From Podarcis tiliguerta (Eukaryota), in assembly GCA_965153285.1 (NCBI GenBank), contig OZ229112.1: a DNA stretch of 64,000 nt. One strand, 5' to 3'. A model generated the notes under the pieces. That model made no database searches. It worked only from the letters and a program-made list of their open reading frames with translations, and was not told the origin of the DNA. Within the stretch, counting starts at the first letter, position 1, and each line of letters opens with the position of its first letter. Positions 38,151 to 52,140 of the stretch are shown here, in pieces. The translations under genes were made by a program, and so were the position numbers.

Positions 38151-38746
38151 TCCAGAAATCAATAGGAGTGCAGTGCACAATATATAAAATAACAATGAAT
38201 TTGTGGGACCTTAAAGACTAACAACATTATGGTATAACACATTTGTTAGTCTTTAAGGTATCACAATTTTTTTCTTGTTTTTGCTGCAGCAGACTAACAC
38301 AGCTATCCTCTGAAAATATATATAAATATAGTTTGGGTCCAGAGATGTCTTGTGGAAGCAGAAAAACACTTGTTCATGTGATTTATCCATCCTGCTGCAA
38401 CCCCCACCCCATGATTTCTCCCATTCCAGAGAGTCTGTCCGTGCTGAGGATCCACTTTTGCAGTGGTGGTACAGGCGGCTGCAAAGGGGAGAGAGCCAGG
38501 AGTCCTAGTCTATCTTCTCTGGATCCTAGATTATATATTTCCTCAGTGACTTCATCCTGACAAAAGCTGTATGTCTACGTTCAAGGACAGATCCACATAA
38601 AGCACAATGCAATATTTGATCTTTTTGTTTTCTTAAGGCACAGGTGCAAGTTACAAGGCCCGTGTTTTCTGAGATGGGGACAGAACAGTCATATGAGATG
38701 CAATGTGCAGCCACCATCAGGTTATTCAGAAGGCAAGAGTGTAATC

Positions 38747-38882
38747 CAGGCATAGGCAAACTCGGCCCTCCAGATGTTTTGAGACTACAATTCCCATCAT
38801 CCCTGACCACTGGTCCTGCTAGATAGGGATGATGGGAGTTGTAGTCCCAAAACATCTGGAGGGCCGAGTTTGCCTAGGCCTG
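38747..38882. mobile_element. hAT-type palindromic MITE (136 bp)
   Basis: Almost the whole element is one inverted repeat (caggcataggcaaactcggccctccagatgtttt / aaaacatctggagggccgagtttgcctaggcctg); 8-bp TSD gtgtaatc / gtgtactc. Confidence 0.9.
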
Positions 38883-41800
38883 GTGTACTCTCACCCAGAA
38901 CAGGTACTTCACTCTCAGTTCAAAGGCAGGCTCATCCACATCTCTTTCATTTTATCTGGTTTCAGCTTTCATCTGTTAAACCAGGGATGGGAAATCTCAG
39001 GTCCAGGGGCTGAATACAACCCTCTAGGCCTCTCTGTTTGCCTCTTCCCACACTATATCCCTCCCTATCCCTTTTCTATAGGCGACATCCCTCACTCCTT
39101 GACTGTCTCTGTCTGCTTAGAATGTGTTTTCCAACTCTAAAAGTATTATTGTTCACCTGGATGGAGAATAGAGAGCTGTGAGAGTAAAATTGCATTTGTT
39201 GCTCCACTCACCTTTGTTTATGGCCCTACCCATCACTGAAGGTTGTCTTCAGCAGAATGTGTTCCTTGGACTGGAAGAGAGTCCCCACCATGTGTCAAAC
39301 ACTCAGTCATACCATTACGGCTGCAGGACAGCAATTCAACATTTGCACAGCTATTTTTGCTTCAAATGTAACTGAAAAACAAACATAGGAAACTACAGAA
39401 CTGGCGGAACCATGACCAAATTCCCTCTGTTTTCACTACAGAAATGCACAAAAATGGAAGGCAAAGCAAGGACATTTGCTGAGAAATATTTTACTTTTAA
39501 TAGTTGCTAAAATTGCATTGCACTCAATAGCTGAATAAAACAGGAAATTCAGAAAAGAGAAAAGCCACTCAAAACATTCTTTAGCGAGAGAGAAAAACCA
39601 CACACAACTATTTAATAAGCCACTTGTCACCACAGCAGGAAATAGAGAAGAAAACACTTAAAGCAACTGCTTAAAATAATTTATTTAAGCAATCACTGCC
39701 ACAGACATACAAGAAAAAAGTGCCAGGAAAATAACTAAGCATGCTGTATTAATCTAGACCCCAGTAGTCAGTAGGCACTACAAAGAAAGAAATTATAAAA
39801 GTTGCCATGACCCCAAAATTTATAAAAATGAATTGCTTCAAATGTATAAAAGTTCCCCCCTGGAATAGTAACCCTGCTAGAATAATAACCATAATAAAAA
39901 CAAATATAACTAGTATAAAAGGGGAGGAATAGCACATTTCACTTGCCATAAACTCAAAAACCAAGGCTTTGTTTGGCCTGGAAAAAATATTATTGGTTGA
40001 ATGTCAAACTGGATCAAGCGGCTTGTAATCTTCAATTTGGAGAGAACCTTAGTAGAAGATTTGGAATGATAGCAACATGCTTCAACTCTGAAAACAATTT
40101 AATTAAATAGCATTGACAGTGCAGTGTTTTGTACTGCCTTGGTCTATAGTCTTAACTTTTAAAAAACAAAGCTCCTAGTCCATGCATGTTATTTGACATG
40201 CCATATTATTAAATATTCTTTAAAAACTCAGTGTGACATCTACTTCTGCCTAATAAAAATTAAATAGAGATTTCAGTTTCTCATTTTTCCAATCTGAATT
40301 TCAGTACTCCACATTTCCACATCAGTTTGCATTTCATAAATAATAAACAAAAACAAAGCAGCCCCATGAAAGTTCACCAGGATTTTAGTGCGAAATTCTC
40401 CTAATATACACATTTTGCATGTAAGGTTGCATAAAACACACATTTTTGCAAAACATTGCCCCAAAAATAATGCATTTTTGTATATTGCTTAAACTAATAT
40501 GTGCATTTTTATGCACACTTTACCGTAGTATATGCAATTTTTTACACATTACTTGGCTGAAGAACAGCACTGCAAAAGCTGGAGAAGTGTGAATTTCGAA
40601 GAATGACTGCATTTTGTTTTGCATATCGCTTTTAAAAGCATGAAATAGTTGGCTTACCTTTAAATGCAAACTGTATCAAATTTCTCTCTCCTCCCCCCCC
40701 CCTTTGCACACAACAGATGCTTAGTAATTGGGGGGCACTCACTGATCATGTTTAGTTTTCATTGGGCTGTTGAGGGTTTCTGTTTCCCAAATATCTCCCC
40801 CACCTGCAAACCTTGGGGTTACCCTAAGCATGCAGATACCTCCCTCATCTCAGTAGCCCCCCTGGGTTAAATAGCTCTCATAACTCAACACTGGAGCATG
40901 GCAAGAGTCAACTGCTTTGTATGCAAAGGGAGACAGATGTGCCTAGATGCCATTAAGCAATGGAGTCAAATAACTAACCCACACACATTAATTCAGAGCA
41001 GAAAGCATTTTTCTAAATTGCTTGAATACTGCAATATGAGATACAAAGATAAGACCATCAGAGGAACCTACTGGATGAGGCCAATAGCCCCTCTAGCCCA
41101 GCATTCTGTTCTCACAGTGGCCAACCAGTCACAGTGCATAAAGGAGCTTAGTTATGCCTTGTGAGCTATGCAGGATGCATCAAACAGAAGGTGGTGTGGT
41201 CTCTGGTAGGTGGGGGCAGCCATTATTTCTGAGGCAAAGATAAGTTTTCATATGGGGAGGAGCCTTCATTTAACACTAGCATCTCTGGGGCAATTATGAT
41301 TTGTAGCAATACATAAAACAATACATGACATCAACGGTGAAATTGGACCTAATTTATTTATAGGGCTGAAGTATCTACTGGCACAGGAGTCAGTAACTTA
41401 TATTTCCTCCATGAGATCAATCACTGAAATCATTTAATTGAGCTGTTTACCACTCTCTTTTATTAATAACTACAACAGCGAGCTCTTTCTTTATATGTCT
41501 AATGGCATCCCAACAGCATCAGCTGAGGAGCAGTCAAACTGGAGATGTCCATCTTCATCTCATGATCACAGCAAAGCTATTCCCCCAATTCCAGGGCCGG
41601 ACTGCGCATTTATTGATACACATGTGCCATATTTTTACTGACTTCCTGTACATGAGAATATAGGAACACAGTAGCCTTAAGACTTTTAGATATTGCTCTG
41701 TTGAAACCTTGCACACTTTATTGTCTGTGGGTGGTTATAGAAAGCCAGTTTATTCCCATGAGTCCTGCTATATACCCTGGAGCAGCAACGGACCCATAAT

Positions 41801-42002
41801 ATTGTTGGAAGTGAGCCTTCATGTTCTCCTGCAGTGGTAGCATTCAATTCAGGACCAGTCGCATGTGGAGAGGATTACACTACTCTGGATTCAAGGTTAT
41901 TAAGGGATAAATTGAGGGAAGCGTTTAAGTCTGTAGGAGTAAAATCTCAGTGCCATGAGCTATGTTGCCAAGTAGAGACTTAAAAGCATGCATTATCTGT
42001 AC

Positions 42003-42102
42003 CGGCTGAGTTTTCCAAGAATGGTAGATTAACGAATACACCGGACTCTAGGAATTGTACTTCCATAGGGCTTAACTTCTGAGTCCATTCTCCTTCCCCG
42101 AC
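42003..42102 (-). CDS. Speculative coding exon (VGEGEWTQKLSPMEVQFLESGVFVNLPFLENSA)
   Basis: Acceptor cactttcctgtag, open phase-0 frame, weak donor CG|gtacag (or read-through to a stop 8 codons later). No homology recognised. Confidence 0.18.
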
Positions 42103-42871
42103 CTACAGGAAAGTGAATATTGTAGGAAGCACACACCTCCCTTCTGTTGACATGAGGCCACTTTCCAAGGGATCTTTGCTTAAGGCATCCAGAGTCTTCA
42201 GGATTCTGAAAGATGTAGGCTCATAAATAAGCAAATCCATATCATACTTGCCTCTTTTCCTGCACACAAATTTCACTGCAACAAATTATAATCAGAAGAG
42301 TTACTCTTAACTATCTTTCAACCTGGGCTATTGCTATTGTGCCAAAATGTGCAGTCCATGTGGATTTTTAACTGCAGGCTAATTAGTTCTGAGCCCTGCC
42401 ATCTATGACATTCACTCCGTATATATAAGATACAGCACGACCTGTTGCCAGCAGCCCATAAAGCTGAAGAATGGCAGTGCCAAGAGGGAAGCACTCCTAC
42501 TGCTAATTCGAGAAACTGGGGGTAGCCATTGTTTCTTGGCATCTGAACAATATGTAATTCCTTCCTTTTCTTAAATTGATCCTCTCTTTAATTTCCAAGT
42601 GCCCCACTGCTTTGTCTCCCCCATGCAGCCATCTCAAATCCATTTTTTAACAAAAGAAAAAGGCAAATTCTACTCTGCAAGCATATTCTCTTTAATGAAG
42701 TAATTATGGTTGGAACATGGAAAGGTGAAGAATGAAGAGGCTACCAAAAATAGTTTCCCCAAAAGCTGCAGGGATTAATTCTCTTCTGTGTTTGAATTAG
42801 TCTTGCTTTATAGATGGAATCAGCAAGCACCTCTAAGGACTAGAAGCAGTGATGCGGCATTAAATCTGTAC

Positions 42872-43043
42872 CTGTCTCAGTTTCTGGTCTCTTGGATCTT
42901 TGCCTCCATTGGATTCCTCAAGAAGCGAAAAAACACAATTAATAACTTTCTCCCTGCCAGAGCATATCTCCACTGAGTTCCCACAGCGTGCACTAAAATA
43001 TGACTTTGTCCGTCCTCTGTTGCCATCCTCCCCGGCATCTGTT
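42872..43043 (-). CDS. Speculative coding exon (TDAGEDGNRGRTKSYFSARCGNSVEICSGREKVINCVFSLLEESNGGKDPRDQKLRQ)
   Basis: Strong acceptor ctttctgatactttctcttccag, 172-nt open frame, donor CAG|gtacag. No homology recognised. Confidence 0.22.
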
Positions 43044-44794
43044 CTGGAAGAGAAAGTATCAGAAAGCCCCGTGGCAAGAGCAACACAAGGAATTATCTTC
43101 CATAGGTATCAGTGGAATGGAGACATTAGCAGTCAGTCAAAGTTTGGTACATTTAGATCAGGTGGAGAAGAACCTCTTTTGCTTCATAAACCATTCTTTC
43201 ATTTTCTGGAATTACAGAGCAAGCTGCTTGTGGGGCATGGGCGCTATGGTTGATGCAACAGCTTATATATTGGGACAGGGTAGCTGTTCCCTCCCTGTCT
43301 CTTGTTCTGAGAAATAACCAGGCAGTAAAAATACTTCAAGCAAAACAGTTGAAGTCTGTGAAAAGCCGGGCAGCTTAGGGCAGAAAATAAATTATATTGG
43401 GGTGGTGCTCCCCGAACTTGGAAGAAAAAAATGCGAGATAAATATAAATAACTACAGTGAGTGGTATCCTACTCAGTGCAGATCCATTGAAATGAATGGA
43501 TTTAACTTAGCCATGACTAACTCTGGTTGTGTAGTGCAACGCATTTAAAGCAATCCCTCCCCCCAAATCCTGGGAACTATAACTTACCTCTCACAGAGCT
43601 ACAATTCTCAATACCCTTGAAACACTATAATTCCCAGGATTCTTTTTTTTTCCAGGGGGAGGGCTTTAAATACATGGTGTAGTAGGCAGCCGCTGTCTCT
43701 CTAACCTCAAATAGTAGATACAAATAGGACCTGAAAGAAAACATTGGTGTATGCAGCTAGGCACTGATACACAGTATGAGATGTCAAAGCTAATAGATAC
43801 TATCCTTGAGCGTCTGCCCTCAACACCACAGGACACTCACTTTAGCAGTATAGGCCCTGAAAGCTATACTACTAAAAGGCATTTTCATGCTACCCTTTAT
43901 TTATTATCAAGATGGCATACATGGATAGATTTACTCCCCCGCCCCCCATATCACCACAAAAAAAAAAAAATAACCCTAGTGTAAAGTAAAACTAAGGGCT
44001 AATCCACACTTCCTTTTGCCCTGCCATGATGACCCAAGACTATAGCTTTATTAACTTTATTTTTAATCCAGCTCTATGTTACTGGTCCAGCCAGCTGTCA
44101 CTTCTTTCAAGTGTTCAGTCCTCATTGGGCTTGGAGTTCCCCTGAGCATGTTAGTACCTTCTTCCTGTTTCACAGCAGACCCATTGGGCTATATAACTCT
44201 AGTTACTTAACACTGTATGGTAGAGAACTGTGCTGTTTAGGTTGGCAAATCTGTCCCATATATACACTATAGAAAGTGTGATTTTTTCAGCTTTGTAGGC
44301 ACAAGAATAGAGGCAGATAACAGAATTTTCTATATTTGAAGAATTACTCCTACCAAACTCTATTTAGTAGGCACCAAGGATAGACAATGTGACTATATCA
44401 CTATCATGTGGGCATGGGGGATGACAGGGTATAATGCTGAAGCATTTTACAGAGGATATATGGTTCTTTGACTGATGACTGAATATATGTGTGACACAGA
44501 GGTCATAGTTAATGATGTGTAAACAACCTCATCTTTGCCATTTTCTCATTTGTCAGCTGAACTCTGGTACCATTGCAGCAATAGATTTTTCCCCATATGA
44601 AATCTCTGCCACTTCCATTCTCTTTTGGTTCAAACTCTTAAGCATACCATTTTATCAGATCCATCCATTTACGATGTGTTACTTCTGTATCCCAGTTTGA
44701 TATCTCCAGGACAGCTGGCAACCCAGTTGGTCAGACTCTGTTTGGTGACTATCTTGGATTCTTTTGCCTGACCTGCTTTGTTAAAGATTTCTAC

Positions 44795-44900
44795 CCACTT
44801 CCGCATTGTCACCAAGCGAGAATTTTCTAGTTGTGGGATGACCAGCAAAGTCTCCTTGGAAGATCTTAAAAGCTGGCTCAGTCTGGAACCAAGGAGGTAA
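44795..44900 (-). mobile_element. L2 ORF2 relic
   Basis: Minus translation SQLLRSSKETLLVIPQLENSRLVTMRK resembles L2 'RTLRSS.EGLLVVP....RL.GTR'. Confidence 0.5.
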
Positions 44901-46007
44901 CTTTCATTAATAGCAAACAGAAGTTCTACAGCTAAGAGTGTGTTCTCTCTGCCGTTAGTCAGTGTCATTAGTCAATTTTACTGTGCACATTATTCTCAGC
45001 TGGCATTAGCATTAAAGTGTGTTACATCCTCGGAATCTATCACAAACTACATCAACGTAAATACCAAGGCTGAACATTTCAGATAAAACATTTGGGATTT
45101 AAAGCCCTTCATTGAAGCTCAGATATCAATTCTCAGTGTCTGTATTTAGCTGCCTCGGAACCTGATACTAAATGACTGCATCCTGAAATTTATGACCAAA
45201 AATCGACAGATTATCCTTCTTTTTTATATTTGGTTAAATTCCCCAGGAAATATTGCAGGGAACACAAATTACAATCAGCATTAAAGAATTGAACTTTGAG
45301 ATGTTGATATATGATGATGGGGTTTACTTCAAAGCAGCAGCTGCCTTGCTTGGCCTCAGCTTGCAGGGAAACCCATCTGTATTGTATTTGTATTACTCTT
45401 ATCCTCATTATCATTTATTTGATCGTTGGATATGCTGAAAGGGGAGTGAAAAGATATGCTAAAAGGTTGAAGAGGGGGCAATTTAAGAGTGGCTTTTCAA
45501 TATATATAGCATTCAGTTGACACAGAAATTTGTGTCTTTTCAGTTAGAAGCCAACAAAATCTTCTAGGGCACCTTGGTTACATTGTCTTACATTCTGTAC
45601 TAAATTGAAGGTGACAGAGCCATGTAATAGCATGGTAACTTTGGCTCTCAGGCACCAGGCTACGTCTGACAACTAGAAAGCAAGTGACATAGTATTTTGA
45701 AAACACTAATACATACCTGGAATGTAGGGCTGCTAACTGATTGAAGGGAGGTTTGTAACAAATTAACTTCTGGCTTTAAAGAAATTAATCAGATGGATTT
45801 GGATGCTCTTAGAGCATGCAAAGTGTTCAACAACTTGGTGGAAATAGGGTGTTTCAGAAAGTGAATATTAGTTAGGTTGTCCTTTAAATATAAACTGAAT
45901 CGAATTTCTCTGCTGTCTCTAGAAGTACACAACCCCAAGCAAGCATACCAATCAGATATCCAAGTGTTCTGGAAAGAAGTGATGTTACTGTATATAGAGT
46001 AGCAGAA

Positions 46008-46012
<5 letters not shown>

Positions 46013-46054
<42 letters not shown>
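46013..46054. repeat. (TC)n microsatellite
   Basis: Directly visible. Confidence 0.95.
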
Positions 46055-46057
<3 letters not shown>

Positions 46058-46100
46058 CACAAACACAAACACAAACCACTATGTGGTTTTACCGACCACA

Positions 46101-46291
46101 CAGGAAGCTGCCTTATACTGAGATCAACCATTGGCCAATCCAGCTCTGTATTGTGTACACTAACTGGCAACACCTCTCTGGGATTTCAGGCAGGGTTCTC
46201 TCCCAGCCCTACCGGCAGATACCCTTGCAAATTGAGCCTGGAACTTCCATCATGTAAAAAATATGCTCTATCACTGAGCTACAGGCCTTCC
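46101..46291 (-). mobile_element. Squam3-like SINE
   Basis: Minus strand ggaaggcctgtagctcagtgatagagcata head and cagtataaggcagcttcct end. Confidence 0.7.
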
Positions 46292-46341
46292 TATTTTCAG
46301 AGGAGGAGAACGGAATGCAGTTTTAATCTCAGGATGATGTA

Positions 46342-46561
46342 TACCTCGGGTTACATATGCTTCAGGTTACAGACTCCGCTAACCCAGAAATAGTACCTCG
46401 GGTTAAGAACTTTGCTTCAGGATGAGAACAGAAATCGTACTCCGGCGGCGTGGCAGCAGCAGGAGGCCCCATTAGCTAAAGTGGTGCTTCAGGTTAAGAA
46501 CAGTTTCAGGTTAAGAACGGACCTCCAGAATGAATTAAGTACTTAACCTGCGGTACCACTG
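46342..46561. mobile_element. Tc1/mariner (Tigger-like) MITE, left end clipped
   Basis: Right end ttaacctgcggtaccactg|TA; left tacctcgggtta lacks the first bases; repeated caggttaagaac motifs. Confidence 0.75.
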
Positions 46562-48928
46562 TACCATATCAATTCAACTTATGATAAGCACTCGGCAACT
46601 ATTACAAGATTATATACACTAGTCGTATCCTTTTCCCAAAAAAGCATGGTGACTGTTTGGCTGATGATGCTATTATAGTTCTTTTGAGATATAAAACACA
46701 CACACACATCGTAAGAGCCTAAAAAATACTGAACACAGTCCCCAAAAAGATGTATGTTGAAAAAGCAGTGGAATTGAGTTTAAGTTATGAGCAGTTTATG
46801 TCAAAATTGATTTCGACAGAATTTTGGCCCAACTAATTTTTGCTGAATTGTGGTTACTTTGGGGTGATTTCCCCTTGCATTTATCCAATGGCAGACCTTT
46901 GAACCTCGAGGGATCTTTCCCATCAACAATGGAACCTGAAATGCTGAGGGCATAATCTAAGAAGCTAAACATTTGCATAATGCTAAGTGCTCAAGAGTTG
47001 AACTCCATCATCATGATTAGTATAGTTCATCATGCTTCTATCAAATAATTAGAACATAAAGCTTCCACTTAATGTATTGTGTCAACGCCTTAAAATGTGG
47101 TACAAATATGACATTGCTAATGGAATGTGTTGGGAACAATGAAAGTGCAATCAAATTTTAATAAGATTTTTGTACTGCAGCCTTACACTTTTGTATTTCT
47201 GCTCAATAAGATTTTGATGTGATTTCCTTTTAGTAAGCTGGATTTCTGGGACACAGATTAGAATCAGTCTTCACCTTTTCCCTCCCTGAGGGGAAAAAAA
47301 TAGATTATTCTTGCTAGAATATGGATGTTTTTGTCCTGTCCTAGAAATGGAAAAGGTATGAACCCACACCTACCTCTGCCTCAAAGGACTCCAATTAAAT
47401 CACAACCTCAATGTGCAATTTTATAATCACCCTTACTGCTGGTCAGGAAAACTAGTAAACAATAAGTATAGGTACTAGGTGGATCCTGGAGGTAGGCAGA
47501 AAAATGCCTTTTAAAAAATCCACACCCAGTAACAAATGGCAAAGGGGAGCTGGATTGATAGCAGAAAACATTCTGTAGGTGTAAGCCCCTGCCCAAATCA
47601 GTATAGTTTACACAAACTCAGCTAACATGTCTCTACATTGGCCTCTTGCTGCAGACAGTCCCTGCATCCCAGATACCATCTCCATCCTAAGCCCACAAGG
47701 TGTAGCTGCTACCTGGATCTCCTTGCTTGCATGAGTTGTTTTTGCAAGGAGATGGCCACATCTTTAACTCCCCAGGGCCACAACTTCCACCTGGATCTTT
47801 TTGTCCACCAGTTCCATGGAGCTACCTTTGTCTTCAGCTGTGGTTCTGTGCTGCCAAGCCTGAGAAGACCTTCCTGAGCTGGGCACTTCTTGATTCAAGT
47901 AGATAGGCTGCAGGGACAGTCCCCACAGAGACAGCTCCACTGGGCCTGGTAATATAAGTGGAGGATGGAGAAGGTGCACAGAATTCCCTTCTCGCCCTGT
48001 TTCTCCCCCATTCTCCAGAAACATTTCATAGGCCTGTTCTTGTAAGTTCCAGTTTGATCCATAGCCTTCATTTGCATTCTGGTGGGCTACAGCAATAACC
48101 AGGGAGTATTTGTGCTACTGCCAATATTACAGTATATCAATTGCTGAAAGTTTTACTCCTAGGGCAAAGTGCAAGACTTTTAGGCCATAAATAAACCTGT
48201 GTGTCATAGAGGTGAGCCTACAGATAGTAATTAGCCGCAGAAGCAGCCTATTAACTTTGCGTTGAATGCATATACATTTTAGATGGGTGGTTTTGTGGGG
48301 TCTTTTCTTTTTTTACAAAACAAAAAATCCATAGGAAGTCAGGAGAAAATGTGTCTGGCAAGGAATAAGACACTTACAAGCCTCAGAAGAGATTAATTAA
48401 GGTCACCAGAGAAGCAGGAGAGGTGAGGGGAAAATAGGCCAACAAGGAGGAAGTTAAAAACCAACAGGAGACCAATAAATAAAAGAATTATCTCTGTCCC
48501 AGCCAGCCTCAGACTAATGACCTCTGCAGGACTGAGATGAGAAAGTCAAAACAAAGCAAGCACCTGCCAGCAACAGGTTGGTTCCGCCCCCTCCTCTGCC
48601 ATTCCTTTTGACAATATGTAGGGGGTTCTTTCGGAAGCCAGTCAGGCAATAGTGTAATTGAAGACCTGTCTGGCCTTTCCATCCATCAGCACCTTGTCAA
48701 AAAAATGCCAGAGTTGTAATGTGCTGTTTAGAGTGCCATGGGATCCATGTTCGAAGTTTTCCTTTTCACTGAGCTGTAGCCTGTCATCTCGAGATGACAT
48801 TGCACATCAGTCAGAGCTGTGATGACAAAGCAGCTACTGTATAATGTCAGCACACGTTACAGCTTGTCTCTAAACTTGATTGAATCCTGCATTAGACCCG
48901 TGTCTGTCAGCGTTGTCAGCAGAAAGAC

Positions 48929-48935
48929 ACATACA

Positions 48936-48991
<56 letters not shown>
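48929..48991. repeat. (AC)n(AG)n compound microsatellite
   Basis: Directly visible. Confidence 0.95.
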
Positions 48992-48998
<7 letters not shown>

Positions 48999-51900
48999 CT
49001 CTCTGGAAGAAGAAGAAAAAGGAAGGAAGGGGTATGAATTGTAGAAAGTAGACACAAGTAATAAGTTATCCAGGGTTGAACATTTAGTGGAGTAGCACTT
49101 TCAAATCATAGGACAGACCCAGGTTCAAATCTCAACTCAACCACAAAATTTTCTGGGAACAGCTGAGCTAGCCCGTCTGCTTAAACCTACCTCTCAACGT
49201 TGTTTAGAAGATTACACCCTCCATTAGCCGCAGCTAGTAGGGCCCAGTGGGCACATTTACCCTCCCTATTGTTGCCCCATCTTGGCAGGCTTCTCCTTCT
49301 TCCTATTCCTTTCCCATGAAGCAGCAGCACACAGCATCAGATCCTCTCACATAGGAGCTGTGAAGTGGGGGAACACGATCCTACATTGCGTGGGTTGTTG
49401 CTCCTTCCCTTTGCATACAAGAAAGTCACTTGCAAAGAAGAAGCAATGCACAGGACCAGATTTTCCTGCTCAACAGCTGTTAAACGTAAGGATCCAATTC
49501 TGCATGGTGCCAGTGCACCCCCTCTTGACCTTTATAAAATCCTATTTTAACTGTGTGTTAAAAAAAGGTTTTAAAAACCCTTAGCCCCACCACCATGTTG
49601 CTTTGTGGGGCCAATCAGAGGAGCAGTGGGTGCTCCCCTCCCAGGCAGTGGTGGTCAAACTGGTCTGATACAGACCACAGATCAGGAGCCACAGATCAGA
49701 GCCACAGGGCAGACTGGGGATCTGTACACAGCCCTAGTAAACCTATTTCTGAAGCAAGCCTTGTTTTACAAAGAGAGAATTTGTACAGATATCAGCCAAA
49801 GGTCGTTTTCAAGTACGCTTAGCCAAAGCCAGTCTATAAACCCTGGTTTTAGGCCAGTAAACTAATAATAGCATTAGTGGTTGGGATAAATGATTTCATG
49901 ATGGATTCAGGGCAGACATCCATTTCTATGCTCCTCCTGGACCTCTTTGGATCAGTTCACATGGCTTGTGATTTGAGCAATGCTGTCCTGCCTGAGGGAA
50001 GTGGCTGGGGGCCAAGAGGAAATGCTTTCTTCCTTGTTCTTTACACTTTGTAGGAATCCTGGCTCAAATAAATGTTGCAGAAGAAGTCCCTTGTAATGTT
50101 GTCACAGAATAGCATTGCACATGTCCCTCCTATTTTATTTCTATTACTAGCAACTTGCAGTCAAAGGTTTTCAGGTTAAATCAGATCCGTTTATGAAATG
50201 ATAGGATTCTCGCCTATGTCTTCTTTGCCCATTTAGCTCTCTCTGCTTATTCTCCTCCAGCTCCCAAAGATCTCTGGCATTCTCCTTCCCTTTAGGAGAA
50301 CCACTGCGGTGGAGGCACTTAGACCACTGGACTAGGACTGAGAGATGCAGCTCCAAATCCCTACTGGGTCATGAAGCTCACTAGACAGCCTTAGGCAGGT
50401 CACTATATTTCCCAGCCTAACCAACTTTGATAAGGTTGTTTTAAGGCAGCAGCAGGCAACCTTTTTCAGCCCAAGAACTGTGTTCCCTTCTGGCCAGGGG
50501 CCACATGCCAATGCTGGGCAGGTCCAGAGGCAAAAGTGGTCAGAGGAGAGAATTTGGATTTTGCCTTTGTACATCTTTCTTCTATCCTCCATCTAGGGAA
50601 GTAAAACATGTTATCAGAGTTCAAGGACATATTCCGGCAAACTCAGGGAGGGAGCAAACTATGAGTGGTGAGGGCAGTGGCTCAAGAGGGTATGTGGTTG
50701 GAGAGAGTCTTGGAGAGCCAGAGACAGCGCCACATTTGCCACTCTGGCCTGAGATTCCCTATTCCTGTTTTTAAAATGTCTTTGAAAACAATGTATAACT
50801 AGCACTCTTGGTAGCTTTGTAAGCAATGTCAAATCTGTTCTGGAACACTGAGGGGGGAGTGCCCAAGACTCGCAATTCAATAATGAAATAGCTTCCAATT
50901 CAAGAGCTAAGTACCGGAAAAGAGATTCCCAGTCTTATCGTCCCATATGTTTCCTCCAAACTTAATGCTGGTTACAATTTTATTTTGCTTCTTACCATTT
51001 TGTTGTCCATTTGAGATGTGTTTGCAACAATACTGAGTCACTTATAATGATATCAACAGCAAAGAAAATTAGATGTGCACATTTAAAGGTAATTTGGCAT
51101 CTGTGAAATAAACAAAAGCTCGGCTGAAGTAGTAAAAATGATCCAGCATTTTTAAAAGAAAGAAATGGCAGGCTTTCAGTATCTGCTCAGCTCTTTTTCA
51201 CTGTCACTCTGGCTGCAGAATAAAAATAAAAATTCTTTGGCACATTATGGCTGTGTTAAGATTTTAAAACAATGAATATTCATTGTTTGCTTTGATAGTT
51301 GCTAAGAAAAAACATATACTGGCATGTTTGTCCAAGAGTTTTCTTGTAATATTATTATATTTATCTAGTTAAATCTGCATATGTATGTTGGGGGAAGCTA
51401 TTAAGTGGTCTTAGACACATATCCTTGCAAATATCTTTGCCCCAAAGAGCATCAGGAAGACTAACAAAATATCTTATCAGTGATTCCACACATCCCTTTT
51501 TTGTCACTGAGGTTCACCCATAGTCAAGTACAGACTGAATTTAAATATTCTTCTCTAGGAGACACATCAAAGGAATTCCAAGGGAAGGTAACAGAGTTTC
51601 ACAAGCAGAATTTCTTGAAGATGTTTCACACATCCCATGTCATGACTCCACAAAGCCATGTAACTGCACAGTAATTTCTTATTTCAGGTAATGACACAGA
51701 GTCATGACATCCAAAAGATTCATGCAAATAAATGGAGGTGAACAGAGAGTCTGTGCACCAGTGGAAAGTTGCAAATCAGCACTCACGTGGAGAACCCTCA
51801 ACATATGTGCCATTATCAGCCAAGTTCACCCTATCTTCTGCTATGGAAAGACTCTTGTTATCTGTGTAACTATCTGATTTGGATTATGGTCTCTCCAGAT

Positions 51901-52107
51901 GGTGTGAGTGACAATCCCTATCAGCCCTAGCAAGCATGCTGGGATTATGGAAGTTGTAGTCAAAAGTATTTGATATAGATGAATTTCTGCCCTCTTTCTA
52001 AACATCAGAACACAATTCCTTGCCTTTTCAAAAACATGCAGACTTAGATTTTTCTGCATTCATATACATAAGTCATCCATGCACTACAAAGTCAGAGAGA
52101 ACCAAAT

Positions 52108-52108
<1 letters not shown>

Positions 52109-52140
<32 letters not shown>
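52109..52140. repeat. (AAC)n microsatellite
   Basis: Directly visible. Confidence 0.95.
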
